Positions 56,429 through 64,000 of a stretch of 64,000 bases of DNA are shown in pieces. The position numbers and the translations under genes are program-made. The notes beneath the pieces were generated by a model. That model was not told the DNA's origin, did no database searches, and saw nothing but the letters and a program-made list of their open reading frames with translations. How positions within the stretch are numbered: position 1 is the stretch's first letter; every line of letters begins with the position of its first letter. The stretch is taken from positions 13,599-77,598 of the forward strand of contig CAZKVS010000002.1 in assembly GCA_964556325.1 (NCBI GenBank), in the 5' to 3' direction. This DNA is from an uncultured Candidatus Saccharibacteria bacterium. Its GTDB lineage: Bacteria > Patescibacteriota > Doudnabacteria > UBA920.

Positions 56429-58264
56429 CTAAAACACATTTACAACCACCTCCGAAAGAATGTCTTCAAATATTTTTGCCATCGCTACTTCCACCTGTTC
56501 TGCTTCAGCGTCTATGGCTGCTTTAGTTTTTTCCTGTATACGCCCTTTTATTGCAGTGTAGTATTTCATCTTCGGTTCGGTTCCGGACGGACGGACGTGA
56601 ATTACATTGCGTTCATCGTCACTAAAAAAGAAAGAAAGCATATCGCCCTTATCCCATGCGCGAGTCTCCAGCAGCGCGCCTGTTTGTCCATCTTTCACTT
56701 CTCCGGTCATACGATCTATCACTTTCACCACTTTCCTACCTGCAATTTCCGTAGGTAACTGCTGGCGCAATTTTGCCATGGCCATATTCATCTGGTCAAA
56801 TGAGCCAAAGCCTTCTATAAGGCGATAAAAAAGACGTTCGGCATAGTATCCGTATTTCTGATAAATAGACTCAAGCAACTGCATACCAGTCGTACCGTTG
56901 GCCTTGCACCATGCCGCCATTTCTGCCGCCACAATAGCAGGAGTCTCAGCGCCCTTATCACGGTAGTCATTGCTAAATAAATACCCCACACTTTCTTCAC
57001 TGCCAAACAAAAAAGTTTTTTCGGTAGGCAAATGTTCCTGACGGTCTCCAATAAACTTAAACCCTACCAGCAGGTCGCCAATGGTCTCAGCGCCAAAACT
57101 TTCAGCGACATCGCGAAGCAAGTCCGTGGTCACTGAGGTTTTAATAACAACAGGATGTTGTGGTAAGCGTCCAGCTTCTTTGAGCGCATTCATGTAAAAA
57201 TAGCCCATTAACACAGCGCCTTGATTGCCATTTAAGTTAACCCAAGCACCAGCTTCATCTTGCAGAGCAATACCCAATCTGTCCGCGTCAGGATCGGACA
57301 CAATTATTATGTCCGGGCTAACCTTCTCTGCTAATGCAATAGCCTGTTTATACACAACCGAAAATTCTGGGTTAGGAAAATGTCCTTCAACATTTGGAAA
57401 ATTACCATCTAAACTCATCTGCTCTTCCACAACATCTATATCGCTAAAACCCAGTGCTTTAAGCACAGGCAATACAGATTGAGAACCCACACCGTGCAAG
57501 GGTGAATACACTATCTTTACGTCCCGACCGGGATAGACCGATACTTTCTTGGCCGACTCCGCAAAGGCCTCGTCCACTGAATCGTCAATGTATCGAATTG
57601 TTCCTGCAGCAAGCGCTTCTTCAAAAGTCAGTTTTTTAATTGCATCAACTGCCTTAAATTCAGCTTCAATGTGCATACCCACCTCAGGCAACACCTGTAT
57701 ACCTCGTTCGTCATACACTTTATAGCCGTTAAACTCAGGCGGGTTATGACTGGCAGTGACTACGATACCGCCTGCGAGTTGTAAGTGGCGCACGGTAAAA
57801 GACAGCTCAGGTGTGGCACGATAGTACTTAAAAATATAGACAGGCACCCCGTTAGCCGCTAAGACCCGGGCAGTCTCTTTCATAAACTCTTGGGAATTAA
57901 TACGACTATCATAAGCTATGGCTATTCCCTTATGCGCGATGTCAGTTTTGTATTTTAAAAGGTATTGTGCGTAGGCCTGCGAGGCCCAGCGAATCATATA
58001 TGCGTTTAAGCGGTTCGTACCCAAATCCATCACTCCGCGTAAACCTCCTGTGCCAAAAATAAGTACGCGATAGAACGCATCCATGAGCATATCCCAGTCC
58101 GGCTTGGAAAGTCGGGCCCGAAGCTCAGGCATAAACTCTTCAAACTCTTCTTGGGTGAGCCATTTAACTATTTCTTCATAAGCCGTCTTATTAAGGCGCT
58201 TCTCTGCCAGAGCAGAGTCCAAAACTGCTTGAATTGTAGTGTCCATAAGAAAGGTAAATACCAA
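56429..58264 (-). CDS. Phosphoglucomutase/phosphomannomutase-family (alpha-D-phosphohexomutase) protein
   Basis: 'GGIVVTASHNPPEFNGYKV' active-site Ser loop, 'SDPDADR' metal-binding loop. 611 aa. Confidence 0.85.
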   Translation of the reverse strand: MVFTFLMDTTIQAVLDSALAEKRLNKTAYEEIVKWLTQEEFEEFMPELRARLSKPDWDMLMDAFYRVLIFGTGGLRGVMDLGTNRLNAYMIRWASQAYAQYLLKYKTDIAHKGIAIAYDSRINSQEFMKETARVLAANGVPVYIFKYYRATPELSFTVRHLQLAGGIVVTASHNPPEFNGYKVYDERGIQVLPEVGMHIEAEFKAVDAIKKLTFEEALAAGTIRYIDDSVDEAFAESAKKVSVYPGRDVKIVYSPLHGVGSQSVLPVLKALGFSDIDVVEEQMSLDGNFPNVEGHFPNPEFSVVYKQAIALAEKVSPDIIIVSDPDADRLGIALQDEAGAWVNLNGNQGAVLMGYFYMNALKEAGRLPQHPVVIKTSVTTDLLRDVAESFGAETIGDLLVGFKFIGDRQEHLPTEKTFLFGSEESVGYLFSNDYRDKGAETPAIVAAEMAAWCKANGTTGMQLLESIYQKYGYYAERLFYRLIEGFGSFDQMNMAMAKLRQQLPTEIAGRKVVKVIDRMTGEVKDGQTGALLETRAWDKGDMLSFFFSDDERNVIHVRPSGTEPKMKYYTAIKGRIQEKTKAAIDAEAEQVEVAMAKIFEDILSEVVVNVF

Positions 58265-58391
58265 TTATGAGTACGTATAACTGAGTATATTTTACCACCG
58301 TCACATATTTTTACATAGCCTTGGCGTATAGTCTATTTTCCGCTAAAATATGAGGGAACGTTTCATATAATTATTTCTGAACGCATATTTC

Positions 58392-59465
58392 ATGTCATTT
58401 CAAATCGGCATTGTGGGCCTGCCAAATGTAGGTAAATCCACCCTATTTAACGCCATCACTAAGAGTAAAGTCGAGGCGGCGAACTACCCATTTGCGACTA
58501 TAGACCCAAATGTGGGCGTAGTAGCCGTGCCCGACACGCGACTAGATAAACTGGCAGAACTAGAAAGTAGCGAGAAAGTTGTTCCTACGAGCATTGAGTT
58601 TGTAGACATTGCCGGATTAGTTTCCGGTGCACATAAGGGCGAAGGCTTGGGTAACCAGTTCCTCTCCCACATCCGCGAAGTAGACGCCATTATGGAAGTG
58701 GTTCGTGTGTTTGAAAATGACGACATTATTCACGTGGCCGGGAAAGTAGACCCGGTGAGCGACATGGAAACTATTGCCATAGAGCTCCAACTGGCCGACT
58801 TACAAACGGTAGATAAACGTTTGGAGTCTGTAGCCAAGCAAGCCAAAAGTGGCGACCGAGAATTTATAGTAAAAAAACAAGTGTTAGATAAATACAAAGC
58901 AGCGCTAGAAGCCGGCCATATGGCCAACACGGTAGAGCTGACCGACGAAGAAAAAACTCACAGTAAAGACATTCAACTCCTTACTAGCAAACCTTTCTTG
59001 TACGTTGCCAATTCTGAGTTTGATATAACTAATAAGTCTTATAAGGCATATACGACCAATAGGACGGATATGATTCCAATTGATGCAAAAATTGAAAGCG
59101 AACTTTCGGAACTATCAGACGAAGAACGAACCGAATACCTAACGGAGCTCGGATTGCCAGAAAGTGGATTGGATAAAATTATTCACGCCGCTTACAAGAC
59201 TCTGGGTCTTATCACCTTCATTACCGCCGGACCAAAGGAGAGCAAAGCATGGACCTGCACTGCGGGCAGCAAAGCCCCTCAAGCTGCAGGAAAAATTCAC
59301 ACTGACTTTGAACGCGGGTTCATCCGTGCAGAAGTTATCCAGTGGGACAAACTCCTAGAAGCCAACGGCTACGTGGGCGCTAAAGAAAAAGGCTGGCTCC
59401 GCGTAGAAGGAAAAGAGTATGTTGTCCAAGACGGCGACGTAGTTCATTTCCGGTTCAATGTGTAA
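58392..59465 (+). CDS. ychF: Ribosome-binding ATPase YchF (Obg-like)
   Basis: 'IGIVGLPNVGKSTLFNAIT' P-loop, C-terminal TGS-like domain, 357 aa. Confidence 0.9.
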   Translation: MSFQIGIVGLPNVGKSTLFNAITKSKVEAANYPFATIDPNVGVVAVPDTRLDKLAELESSEKVVPTSIEFVDIAGLVSGAHKGEGLGNQFLSHIREVDAIMEVVRVFENDDIIHVAGKVDPVSDMETIAIELQLADLQTVDKRLESVAKQAKSGDREFIVKKQVLDKYKAALEAGHMANTVELTDEEKTHSKDIQLLTSKPFLYVANSEFDITNKSYKAYTTNRTDMIPIDAKIESELSELSDEERTEYLTELGLPESGLDKIIHAAYKTLGLITFITAGPKESKAWTCTAGSKAPQAAGKIHTDFERGFIRAEVIQWDKLLEANGYVGAKEKGWLRVEGKEYVVQDGDVVHFRFNV

Positions 59466-59482
59466 GAACATTGTGTCAATAT

Positions 59483-59526
59483 AAAAACGGCGTGGGTTGA
59501 ATCAGTCTCAACCCCCGCCGTTTTCG
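59483..59526. terminator. Bidirectional terminator (AACGGCGTGGGTTGA-atcagtc-TCAACCCCCGCCGTT)
   Basis: Long GC hairpin plus T-rich tail between convergent genes. Confidence 0.75.
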
Positions 59527-59534
59527 TTTTCGCG

Positions 59535-59885
59535 CTAAAGACCAGGTCCGCCATCAGAACGGGCGGCAAGAACTTTCTTTACCGATGCGTTATTTGGGGC
59601 GAGATAGGTAGCCACCTCGCTAGCCTCTCCACTGCACTGATCGCAGTAGAGAAAAGTTCCGGTTTTGTCCGTTTCAAACTCCTTTTTGAAATGATGATCA
59701 GCCGGCAGCACCAGCTGAGGACCATCGGAAAGTTTCAAAATGACTTGTCCGGTCGCCGACGTAGACTCGTAAGTCCACGTAGTTTTCGACGAGACGTAGC
59801 TGCGCGCGCTGAGGGAGGCAGCGCGGGCATTACATCCAGCCACGAACAACAAACAAAAGCAAAATAGTGGCAATAGCTTGCGCAT
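59535..59885 (-). CDS. Hypothetical lipoprotein
   Basis: 'LLFVAGCNA' lipobox after the signal peptide. 116 aa. Confidence 0.5.
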   Translation of the reverse strand: MRKLLPLFCFCLLFVAGCNARAASLSARSYVSSKTTWTYESTSATGQVILKLSDGPQLVLPADHHFKKEFETDKTGTFLYCDQCSGEASEVATYLAPNNASVKKVLAARSDGGPGL

Positions 59886-60022
59886 GATAAGTGTCCCCCG
59901 TAAGGTTGGAAAGGTTTGGTTGATGTTATATCCCAGCTGGAACCAGGATGCAATCTCGGCGAAATCCGAGAATGTAAATTATAACATATATTTTAAGTTA
60001 TGTCCATGCTCAAAAACATGGA

Positions 60023-60051
60023 CAAATGGGGTGGGTTCTGGTAAAATAGTA
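60023..60051 (+). promoter_or_regulatory. Promoter TGGACA-N17-(TG)gTAAAAT for rpsF, followed by a CCGGAAA/TTTCCGG leader hairpin
   Basis: TGGACAaatggggtgggttcTGGTAAAAT. Leader hairpin at about 60072-60092. Shine-Dalgarno GAAAGGAAA before the ATG. Confidence 0.45.
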
Positions 60052-60176
60052 ACAACTTGCCGGAAATAAGCGGTTTCCGGTGAACAACTAAATATTTAAC
60101 CATATTTTCTACTTTGATTTGCGGGTGCGCTTTAGCCATCCAAGAAAAGATAGGTAGAAATGAAAGGAAAGCTTTC

Positions 60177-60716
60177 ATGCCGCGATATGAGTTGTGCTAC
60201 ATCCTCGCCGCCGGAGTCAGCGATGACCAGGTCCCCGAGGTAGCCACCCAAATTCAGAAGTTTATCACCGACTTCGGTGGTACCGATATCCAAGAAGAAC
60301 TCTTGGGTAAAAAGAAACTTGCCTACCCTATTAAGAAAACCCGTAACGGTTTTTATGTGGTAGAAACCTTTACCATGCCTGCGAATAAAATAAACGACTT
60401 GGAAGCAAAGGTTCGCTCCCAAACCGCAACGGTTATTCGTCACCTTATCATAAACGTAGACGAACACTTGGTTCGCAGCGAAAAAGACAAAGTTGCTCAG
60501 AGCAAACTGACCAAGCAAGCACCTGAAGGTGAGCAAGACCAACCGCAGGCCCCACGTCCTGCCCCAGCCGCTGCGCCGGTTGCGCGACCTGAACCAGTTC
60601 CAACACCTAAAGTGGAACCAGTAAAAGATGAAGTAAAAGAAATTGCCAAAGAGCTTTCCACCGAAGAGTTGGACAAGCAGATTGAAGCTGCGTTGTCCGA
60701 TGATCTTATTAAGTAA
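60177..60716 (+). CDS. rpsF: 30S ribosomal protein S6 with an Ala/Pro/Glu-rich C-terminal extension
   Basis: 'MPRYELCYILAAGVSDDQVPEV...KKLAYPIKKTRNGFYVV' S6 fold. Confidence 0.85.
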   Translation: MPRYELCYILAAGVSDDQVPEVATQIQKFITDFGGTDIQEELLGKKKLAYPIKKTRNGFYVVETFTMPANKINDLEAKVRSQTATVIRHLIINVDEHLVRSEKDKVAQSKLTKQAPEGEQDQPQAPRPAPAAAPVARPEPVPTPKVEPVKDEVKEIAKELSTEELDKQIEAALSDDLIK

Positions 60717-60790
60717 TTGATCAAAATTAAGTAAAATTGACCATAATTGTCCATAATTTAAATGGCAATTTTGAACAATTTTGAACAATT
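60717..60790 (+). repeat. AT-rich intergenic repeat R1 (TTGAYCAWAATT word family) upstream of ssb
   Basis: TTGATCAAAATT...TTGACCATAATTGTCCATAATTT...CAATTTTGAACAATT. Related to R2 and R3. Confidence 0.8.
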
Positions 60791-60806
60791 AATTAAATTA
60801 AAATCT

Positions 60807-61280
60807 ATGGATTTAAACAAAGTCATGATTATTGGCCGGCTCACGCGAGACCCGGAACTTCGCTCTACACCAAACGGCGCGAGTGTGTGTCAGCTTTCTC
60901 TTGCTACCAATTACGTATACACCAACCCACAAACCAGTCAAAAGGTAGAACAGGTTGAATATCACAACGTAGTACTCTGGCGAAAGTTGGCGGAGATTGC
61001 TAGCCAATACTTGAAAAAAGGCCGACGTGTATACATTGAAGGCCGCTTACAAACCCGAAGCTGGGATGGCCAGGACGGTAAGAAAAACTACCGCACGGAA
61101 ATTATTGCCGACAACATGATTATGTTAGACGGCGGTACTCCAGGTGCCACGAGCGGAAGCGCACCGTTTGCTAAACCAGCCGGCCCCGCACAAGAAGGCG
61201 GCGACCAGTCCATTGTGGACGAAGAGTTCCCTACCATCCAAGCCGAAGAAAACATTAAAGTAGAAGATATACCTTTTTAA
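60807..61280 (+). CDS. ssb: Single-stranded DNA-binding protein
   Basis: OB-fold 'MIIGRLTRDPELRSTPNGASVCQLSLATN...HNVVLWRKLAE' and a C-terminal '...DIPF' tail. Confidence 0.85.
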   Translation: MDLNKVMIIGRLTRDPELRSTPNGASVCQLSLATNYVYTNPQTSQKVEQVEYHNVVLWRKLAEIASQYLKKGRRVYIEGRLQTRSWDGQDGKKNYRTEIIADNMIMLDGGTPGATSGSAPFAKPAGPAQEGGDQSIVDEEFPTIQAEENIKVEDIPF

Positions 61281-61366
61281 TTGACCAAAATTAAATAAAA
61301 TTGTACACAATTGTCCATAATTTAGAATGGCAATTTTGAACAATTATGGTCAATTCTGATCAATTT
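61281..61366 (+). repeat. AT-rich 86-bp repeat R2 with 12-bp terminal inverted repeats (TTGACCAAAATT ... AATTATGGTCAA) upstream of rpsR
   Basis: Nearly identical to R3 over about 85 nt. Confidence 0.85.
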
Positions 61367-61377
61367 TAAATTATTTT

Positions 61378-61617
61378 ATGAGACCTCAACAACGCGACAG
61401 AGACATCCCAATGGTAAAGAAGAATTGCTACTTCTGCACCAACAAAATTACCACGGTAGACTACAAAGACGGCCAGACCCTTCGCCGCTTTATGTCCCCC
61501 CATGCCAAAATCATGTCTAACAAAAAGACTGGCAGCTGCCCAAAGCACCAGCGCATGATTACTTTGGCACTCAAGCGAGCTCGCCATATGGCATTGTTGC
61601 CATTCGTAGCCGCCTAG
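61378..61617 (+). CDS. rpsR: 30S ribosomal protein S18
   Basis: 'CYFCTNKITTVDYKD...LRRFMSPHAKI...ALKRARHMALLPF' S18 signature. Confidence 0.85.
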   Translation: MRPQQRDRDIPMVKKNCYFCTNKITTVDYKDGQTLRRFMSPHAKIMSNKKTGSCPKHQRMITLALKRARHMALLPFVAA

Positions 61618-61622
61618 GCTAA

Positions 61623-61707
61623 TTGACCAAAATTAAATAAAATTGTACACAATTGTCCATAATTTAGAATGGCAATTTTGAACAATTATGGTCAATTCTG
61701 ATCAATT
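61623..61707 (+). repeat. AT-rich repeat R3 (copy of R2) upstream of efp
   Basis: Identical to R2 from TTGACCAAAATT through ...CAATTCTGATCAATT. Confidence 0.85.
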
Positions 61708-61721
61708 ATGTAAATTGATTT

Positions 61722-62276
61722 ATGGATTTAAACGACATGAAAGTAGGGACCATTATCCTGTACAACGGCGAGCCGTTTCAGGTTATATGGTCCAACCGCA
61801 TGCGCACCGCGCAAAGAAAGCCGGTCATGCAAACCAAGCTCCGCAACGTGATTACCGGTAAGGTAATGGAGTATAGCTTCAAGTTTGGCGAGCGAATAGA
61901 TGAAGCAGACGTGTCCCGCGAAAAGGCGAACTTCTTGTACGCAGACGATGACGGCACACACTTCATGAGCAACGAGACTTTTGAGCCAATTGACTTCAAC
62001 AAAGAAGTTACCGCTGAACAGGAACCATATTTGAAAGAAGGCTTAGAAGTTTCCGTGCTCCGCTTTAACAGCCAACCTGTATCCATTGAACTACCTATTA
62101 AAGTAGACTACAAAGTTGCCGATGCCCCTCCGGGCATTCGTGGTGACTCAGGCGGCGGCGTTACTAAAAAAGTCACTCTGGACACTGGTCTAGTTATAGA
62201 CGCTCCCCTGTTCATAAAAGAAGGTGAAATAGTTCGCGTAGACACCCGCACAGGTGAATATGTAGAACGCGCGTAG
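61722..62276 (+). CDS. efp: Elongation factor P
   Basis: Three-domain EF-P ('KVGTIILYNGEPFQV', 'KPVMQTKLRNVITGKV', C-terminal OB domains). 184 aa. Confidence 0.9.
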   Translation: MDLNDMKVGTIILYNGEPFQVIWSNRMRTAQRKPVMQTKLRNVITGKVMEYSFKFGERIDEADVSREKANFLYADDDGTHFMSNETFEPIDFNKEVTAEQEPYLKEGLEVSVLRFNSQPVSIELPIKVDYKVADAPPGIRGDSGGGVTKKVTLDTGLVIDAPLFIKEGEIVRVDTRTGEYVERA

Positions 62277-62302
62277 AATAGCTTACAGGTTTTAGCTACT
62301 AG

Positions 62303-62334
62303 CTTTCAGCCAATACAAAAAGACTGCCACTCGG
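62303..62334 (+). terminator. Terminator after efp (AGACTGCC-actc-GGCAGTCT plus TTTTCTC)
   Basis: 8-bp hairpin plus T-rich tail. Confidence 0.75.
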
Positions 62335-62352
62335 CAGTCTTTTCTCTTCTCC

Positions 62353-62382
62353 CTCCCCTTTCTAAGGGGAGGCTAGGTGGGG
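62353..62382 (+). repeat. Intergenic copy of the GC-rich palindromic element (CTCCCCTTTCTAAGGGGAG plus GCTAGGTGGGG)
   Basis: Same architecture as the in-frame copies at 16507, 17961, 44307 and 42517. Confidence 0.8.
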
Positions 62383-62385
62383 TGA

Positions 62386-62452
62386 AGTTGTCCAAAACAA
62401 AAAGACGTGTCTTGCTGATACTGTGGGTATGAATCCACAACATCAGCAAGCT
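62386..62452. terminator. Long imperfect inverted repeat (AAGACGTGTCTTGCTGAT ... ATCAGCAAGCTCACGTCTT) flanked by A-runs and T-runs
   Basis: About 18-bp arms and a 22-nt loop between convergent efp and the 62489 gene. Confidence 0.55.
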
Positions 62453-62488
62453 CACGTCTTTTTGATTATCGAGAAGGCATCGCAGCTT

Positions 62489-63352
62489 TCACTGCGGGTA
62501 ACCGGGACCCGTGCCGTTGTAAAACTCCATACAACGGTCACAGGTAAACGAAAAACCGGTATCCAAGTCTTTCAAAACCACGCTCGAGCGATATAGATTG
62601 CTCGGGCCGACTGAAACTCGGTTCAAATAATCGGAGACATAGAGTTCCCCGTCAGACACGGTGGAATTTTCTTGTACGACATCGTTACCTCCGTAAAAAA
62701 ACAACGCGCTGTATCTGTGGCGTAATGTTTCATCTCCCACAACCTTCAGGGTCGCCACCGGAAAACCCACGGGATGAATGCCGCCCTGACCCGACTTGAT
62801 ACGCGGGCCGGTTTCGCGCTGAGGCGCGGCCGCATACTCATGGTAAAACTTGCTGCCGGCAAAACCAATTGGTATAAGTTGGGCATCGTATAACGTGACT
62901 AAAGCTTGCCATTCACCGAGCGAATAGCTTTCTGGAAGAGGCCCGCGGAACATCTCTTGATTAACCCGCTTAAAGATGCCACTTGGAAAGAACTTAAGCG
63001 TCACCTGTTTAATTGCCCCGCCATAAACGAATACGATGGTTGCCCACCGCACGCTTGGATATATGTCCGTGGCATAAGCTGAAAGCGTCATCGTCTGACC
63101 TGCCGGCGTATAACCCGCAGTGTGAACGATCAACTTGTCCATCAGCGGTACGGTTGAATACCCCTGCTGGACCATTGCCAGCGCTTGCTCTTTGGCCGTA
63201 ACCATCAAGGCCTGCGCTTTAGTAACAACTTCGATTTCAGGTTGTTGCCGTTCCTGCCCAAGCGTATTTGAACACCAAGCCATTAACGCGATAGCCAAAG
63301 CTAACAAAAAACATACAAGTGCGCCCCTACGCGCCGCTCTTTTGGTCAACAT
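62489..63352 (-). CDS. Hypothetical secreted protein
   Basis: Signal peptide ('ALVCFLLALAIALMAWCSN'). 287 aa. No recognisable domain. Confidence 0.5.
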   Translation of the reverse strand: MLTKRAARRGALVCFLLALAIALMAWCSNTLGQERQQPEIEVVTKAQALMVTAKEQALAMVQQGYSTVPLMDKLIVHTAGYTPAGQTMTLSAYATDIYPSVRWATIVFVYGGAIKQVTLKFFPSGIFKRVNQEMFRGPLPESYSLGEWQALVTLYDAQLIPIGFAGSKFYHEYAAAPQRETGPRIKSGQGGIHPVGFPVATLKVVGDETLRHRYSALFFYGGNDVVQENSTVSDGELYVSDYLNRVSVGPSNLYRSSVVLKDLDTGFSFTCDRCMEFYNGTGPGYPQ

Positions 63353-63855
63353 GGTTCTCTCCTATGGATGTAGCGTCATTGCGAACGCCGAGTTTGATTT
63401 TAATGTAGAAGCGTAAAGATCATTTAAAGCACGTAGATACTTTATAGACCGTTAACTTCCTGACTGAGACACATGGAAAGGTGGAAGCAAAGTACAAACA
63501 TAAATAGCTTTTACCTTTTTCCCACCTTTCATATAATCAAACTAAAGCCAAAAAGAAACCCATCTGAAATTAAACCTTCTCTAAAATATATCCCCCTGAC
63601 AAAAATGTATGTAAAAGTGCAGAACAAAAACTTGCTTTTAGGCTAGCTTTTGGCATTTTGTCCCCAACTTTTAACAATTGGCGGAACTGCATACAGTAAC
63701 ATAAAACTAATTATATGTCAATATAACGCAAACGGCACAGACTACTAGTTTGATGAGTTATACAAACCCCATAAAACTAGCACCCTGTGCCGACTTGGTT
63801 AGAGAGAAAAGTTATAGCCGATACCTATCGGCAAAAGTTCTGAAAAGCAGCTTTA

Positions 63856-64000
63856 CGGCCGATTCACACCCATGGCGGTTATGGACGGCAAACGCTGGCC
63901 ATTCTTGATGGGAATTATGTCAAAGCGAGTGTACCCCGCTGGCGGCACGAACACAAATCTTTCAACTTCGCCACCAGGTTTAATTTTTCCAATTTCCCAC
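63856..64000 (-). CDS. C-terminal fragment of an unidentified gene entering from beyond the window end
   Basis: Own translation of the minus strand gives an open frame from position 64000 down to a TAA at 63853-63855 ('...IKPGGEVERFVFVPPAGYTRFDIIPIKNGQRLPSITAMGVNRP*'). No start in the window. Confidence 0.25.

Noticed and set aside
60717-61721. Possibility that the repeated about 85-bp units are a CRISPR array
   Set aside because: Only three copies. They are separated by full-length conserved genes (ssb, rpsR) rather than short spacers. The units are AT-rich with internal inverted words, and there are no cas genes.
63417-63855. Possible gene in the about 440-bp ORF-free AT-rich stretch at the window end
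   Set aside because: No ORF of 60 aa or more on either strand. It contains an 11-bp inverted repeat (GAAAGGTGGAA...TTCCCACCTTTC) and a TATAAT box, so it is probably a promoter/terminator region for the partial gene beyond 63856. It could not be resolved further.

Overview
The window looks like 64 kb of a small, gene-dense bacterial chromosome. That reading rests on the gene content, the short intergenic spacers, the weak Shine-Dalgarno usage and the ribosomal proteins with extensions, all consistent with a reduced Patescibacteria/CPR-like genome; it is inference, not a database result. The backbone is housekeeping: class II B12-dependent ribonucleotide reductase (partial) with nrdR and NrdR boxes, ftsA-ftsZ, rpsU-yqeY, a HIT protein, a divergent HisRS-like gene, lepB, tRNA-Val, an LCP protein, der, pth, dprA, a CapA-like protein, topA, an Ndh-like oxidoreductase, a type IV pilin, tRNA-Lys next to a small GIY-YIG nuclease, an RlmI-like methyltransferase, an EamA transporter, a truncated PaaX-like regulator, and a CIRCE-controlled hrcA-grpE-(GNAT)-dnaK-(DUF3467)-dnaJ operon. 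Further on: a thioredoxin plus a CcdA::TlpA fusion, an XRE/membrane pair, uvrA, uvrC, secG, an orphan family-5 SBP, tRNA-Leu, RNase J, trpS, a four-helix-bundle protein, two tandem FN3-like secreted paralogs, a phosphohexomutase, ychF, and rpsF-ssb-rpsR-efp. The most unusual signal is an abundance of short repeat and palindrome families. (1) A GC-rich palindromic element (CTCCCCTTT-loop-AAAGGGGAG followed by TAGGTGGGG) sits in-frame inside capA-like, topA, uvrC (twice) and der, plus intergenic copies. A second element (CCCTAAYCCCTTAGCMCTTAGCCCT, read as PNPLALSP) lies in both der and uvrC. uvrC also carries three in-frame micro-tandem repeats. This resembles the Rickettsia palindromic elements (RPE). 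(2) tRNA-Lys and tRNA-Leu are each flanked by partial or aberrant copies of themselves. The Lys copies carry tight hairpins in place of the anticodon-stem 5' strand and surround the GIY-YIG gene. The Leu gene has a 26-nt 5' duplicate and a 21-nt 3' duplicate, followed by about 570 bp of non-coding DNA. Both look like scars of integration or recombination. (3) AT-rich intergenic repeat families include an 85-bp TIR-bearing unit before ssb, rpsR and efp, CATTCGTAGATTCGGAT arrays before topA and dnaJ, TCCTATCTG arrays, a duplicated terminator that encodes the C-terminal 'KTVEA' of two genes, and TGACGGCCGTCA-core palindromes on both sides of the PaaX-like gene. No CRISPR array, rRNA gene or intact transposase is visible.
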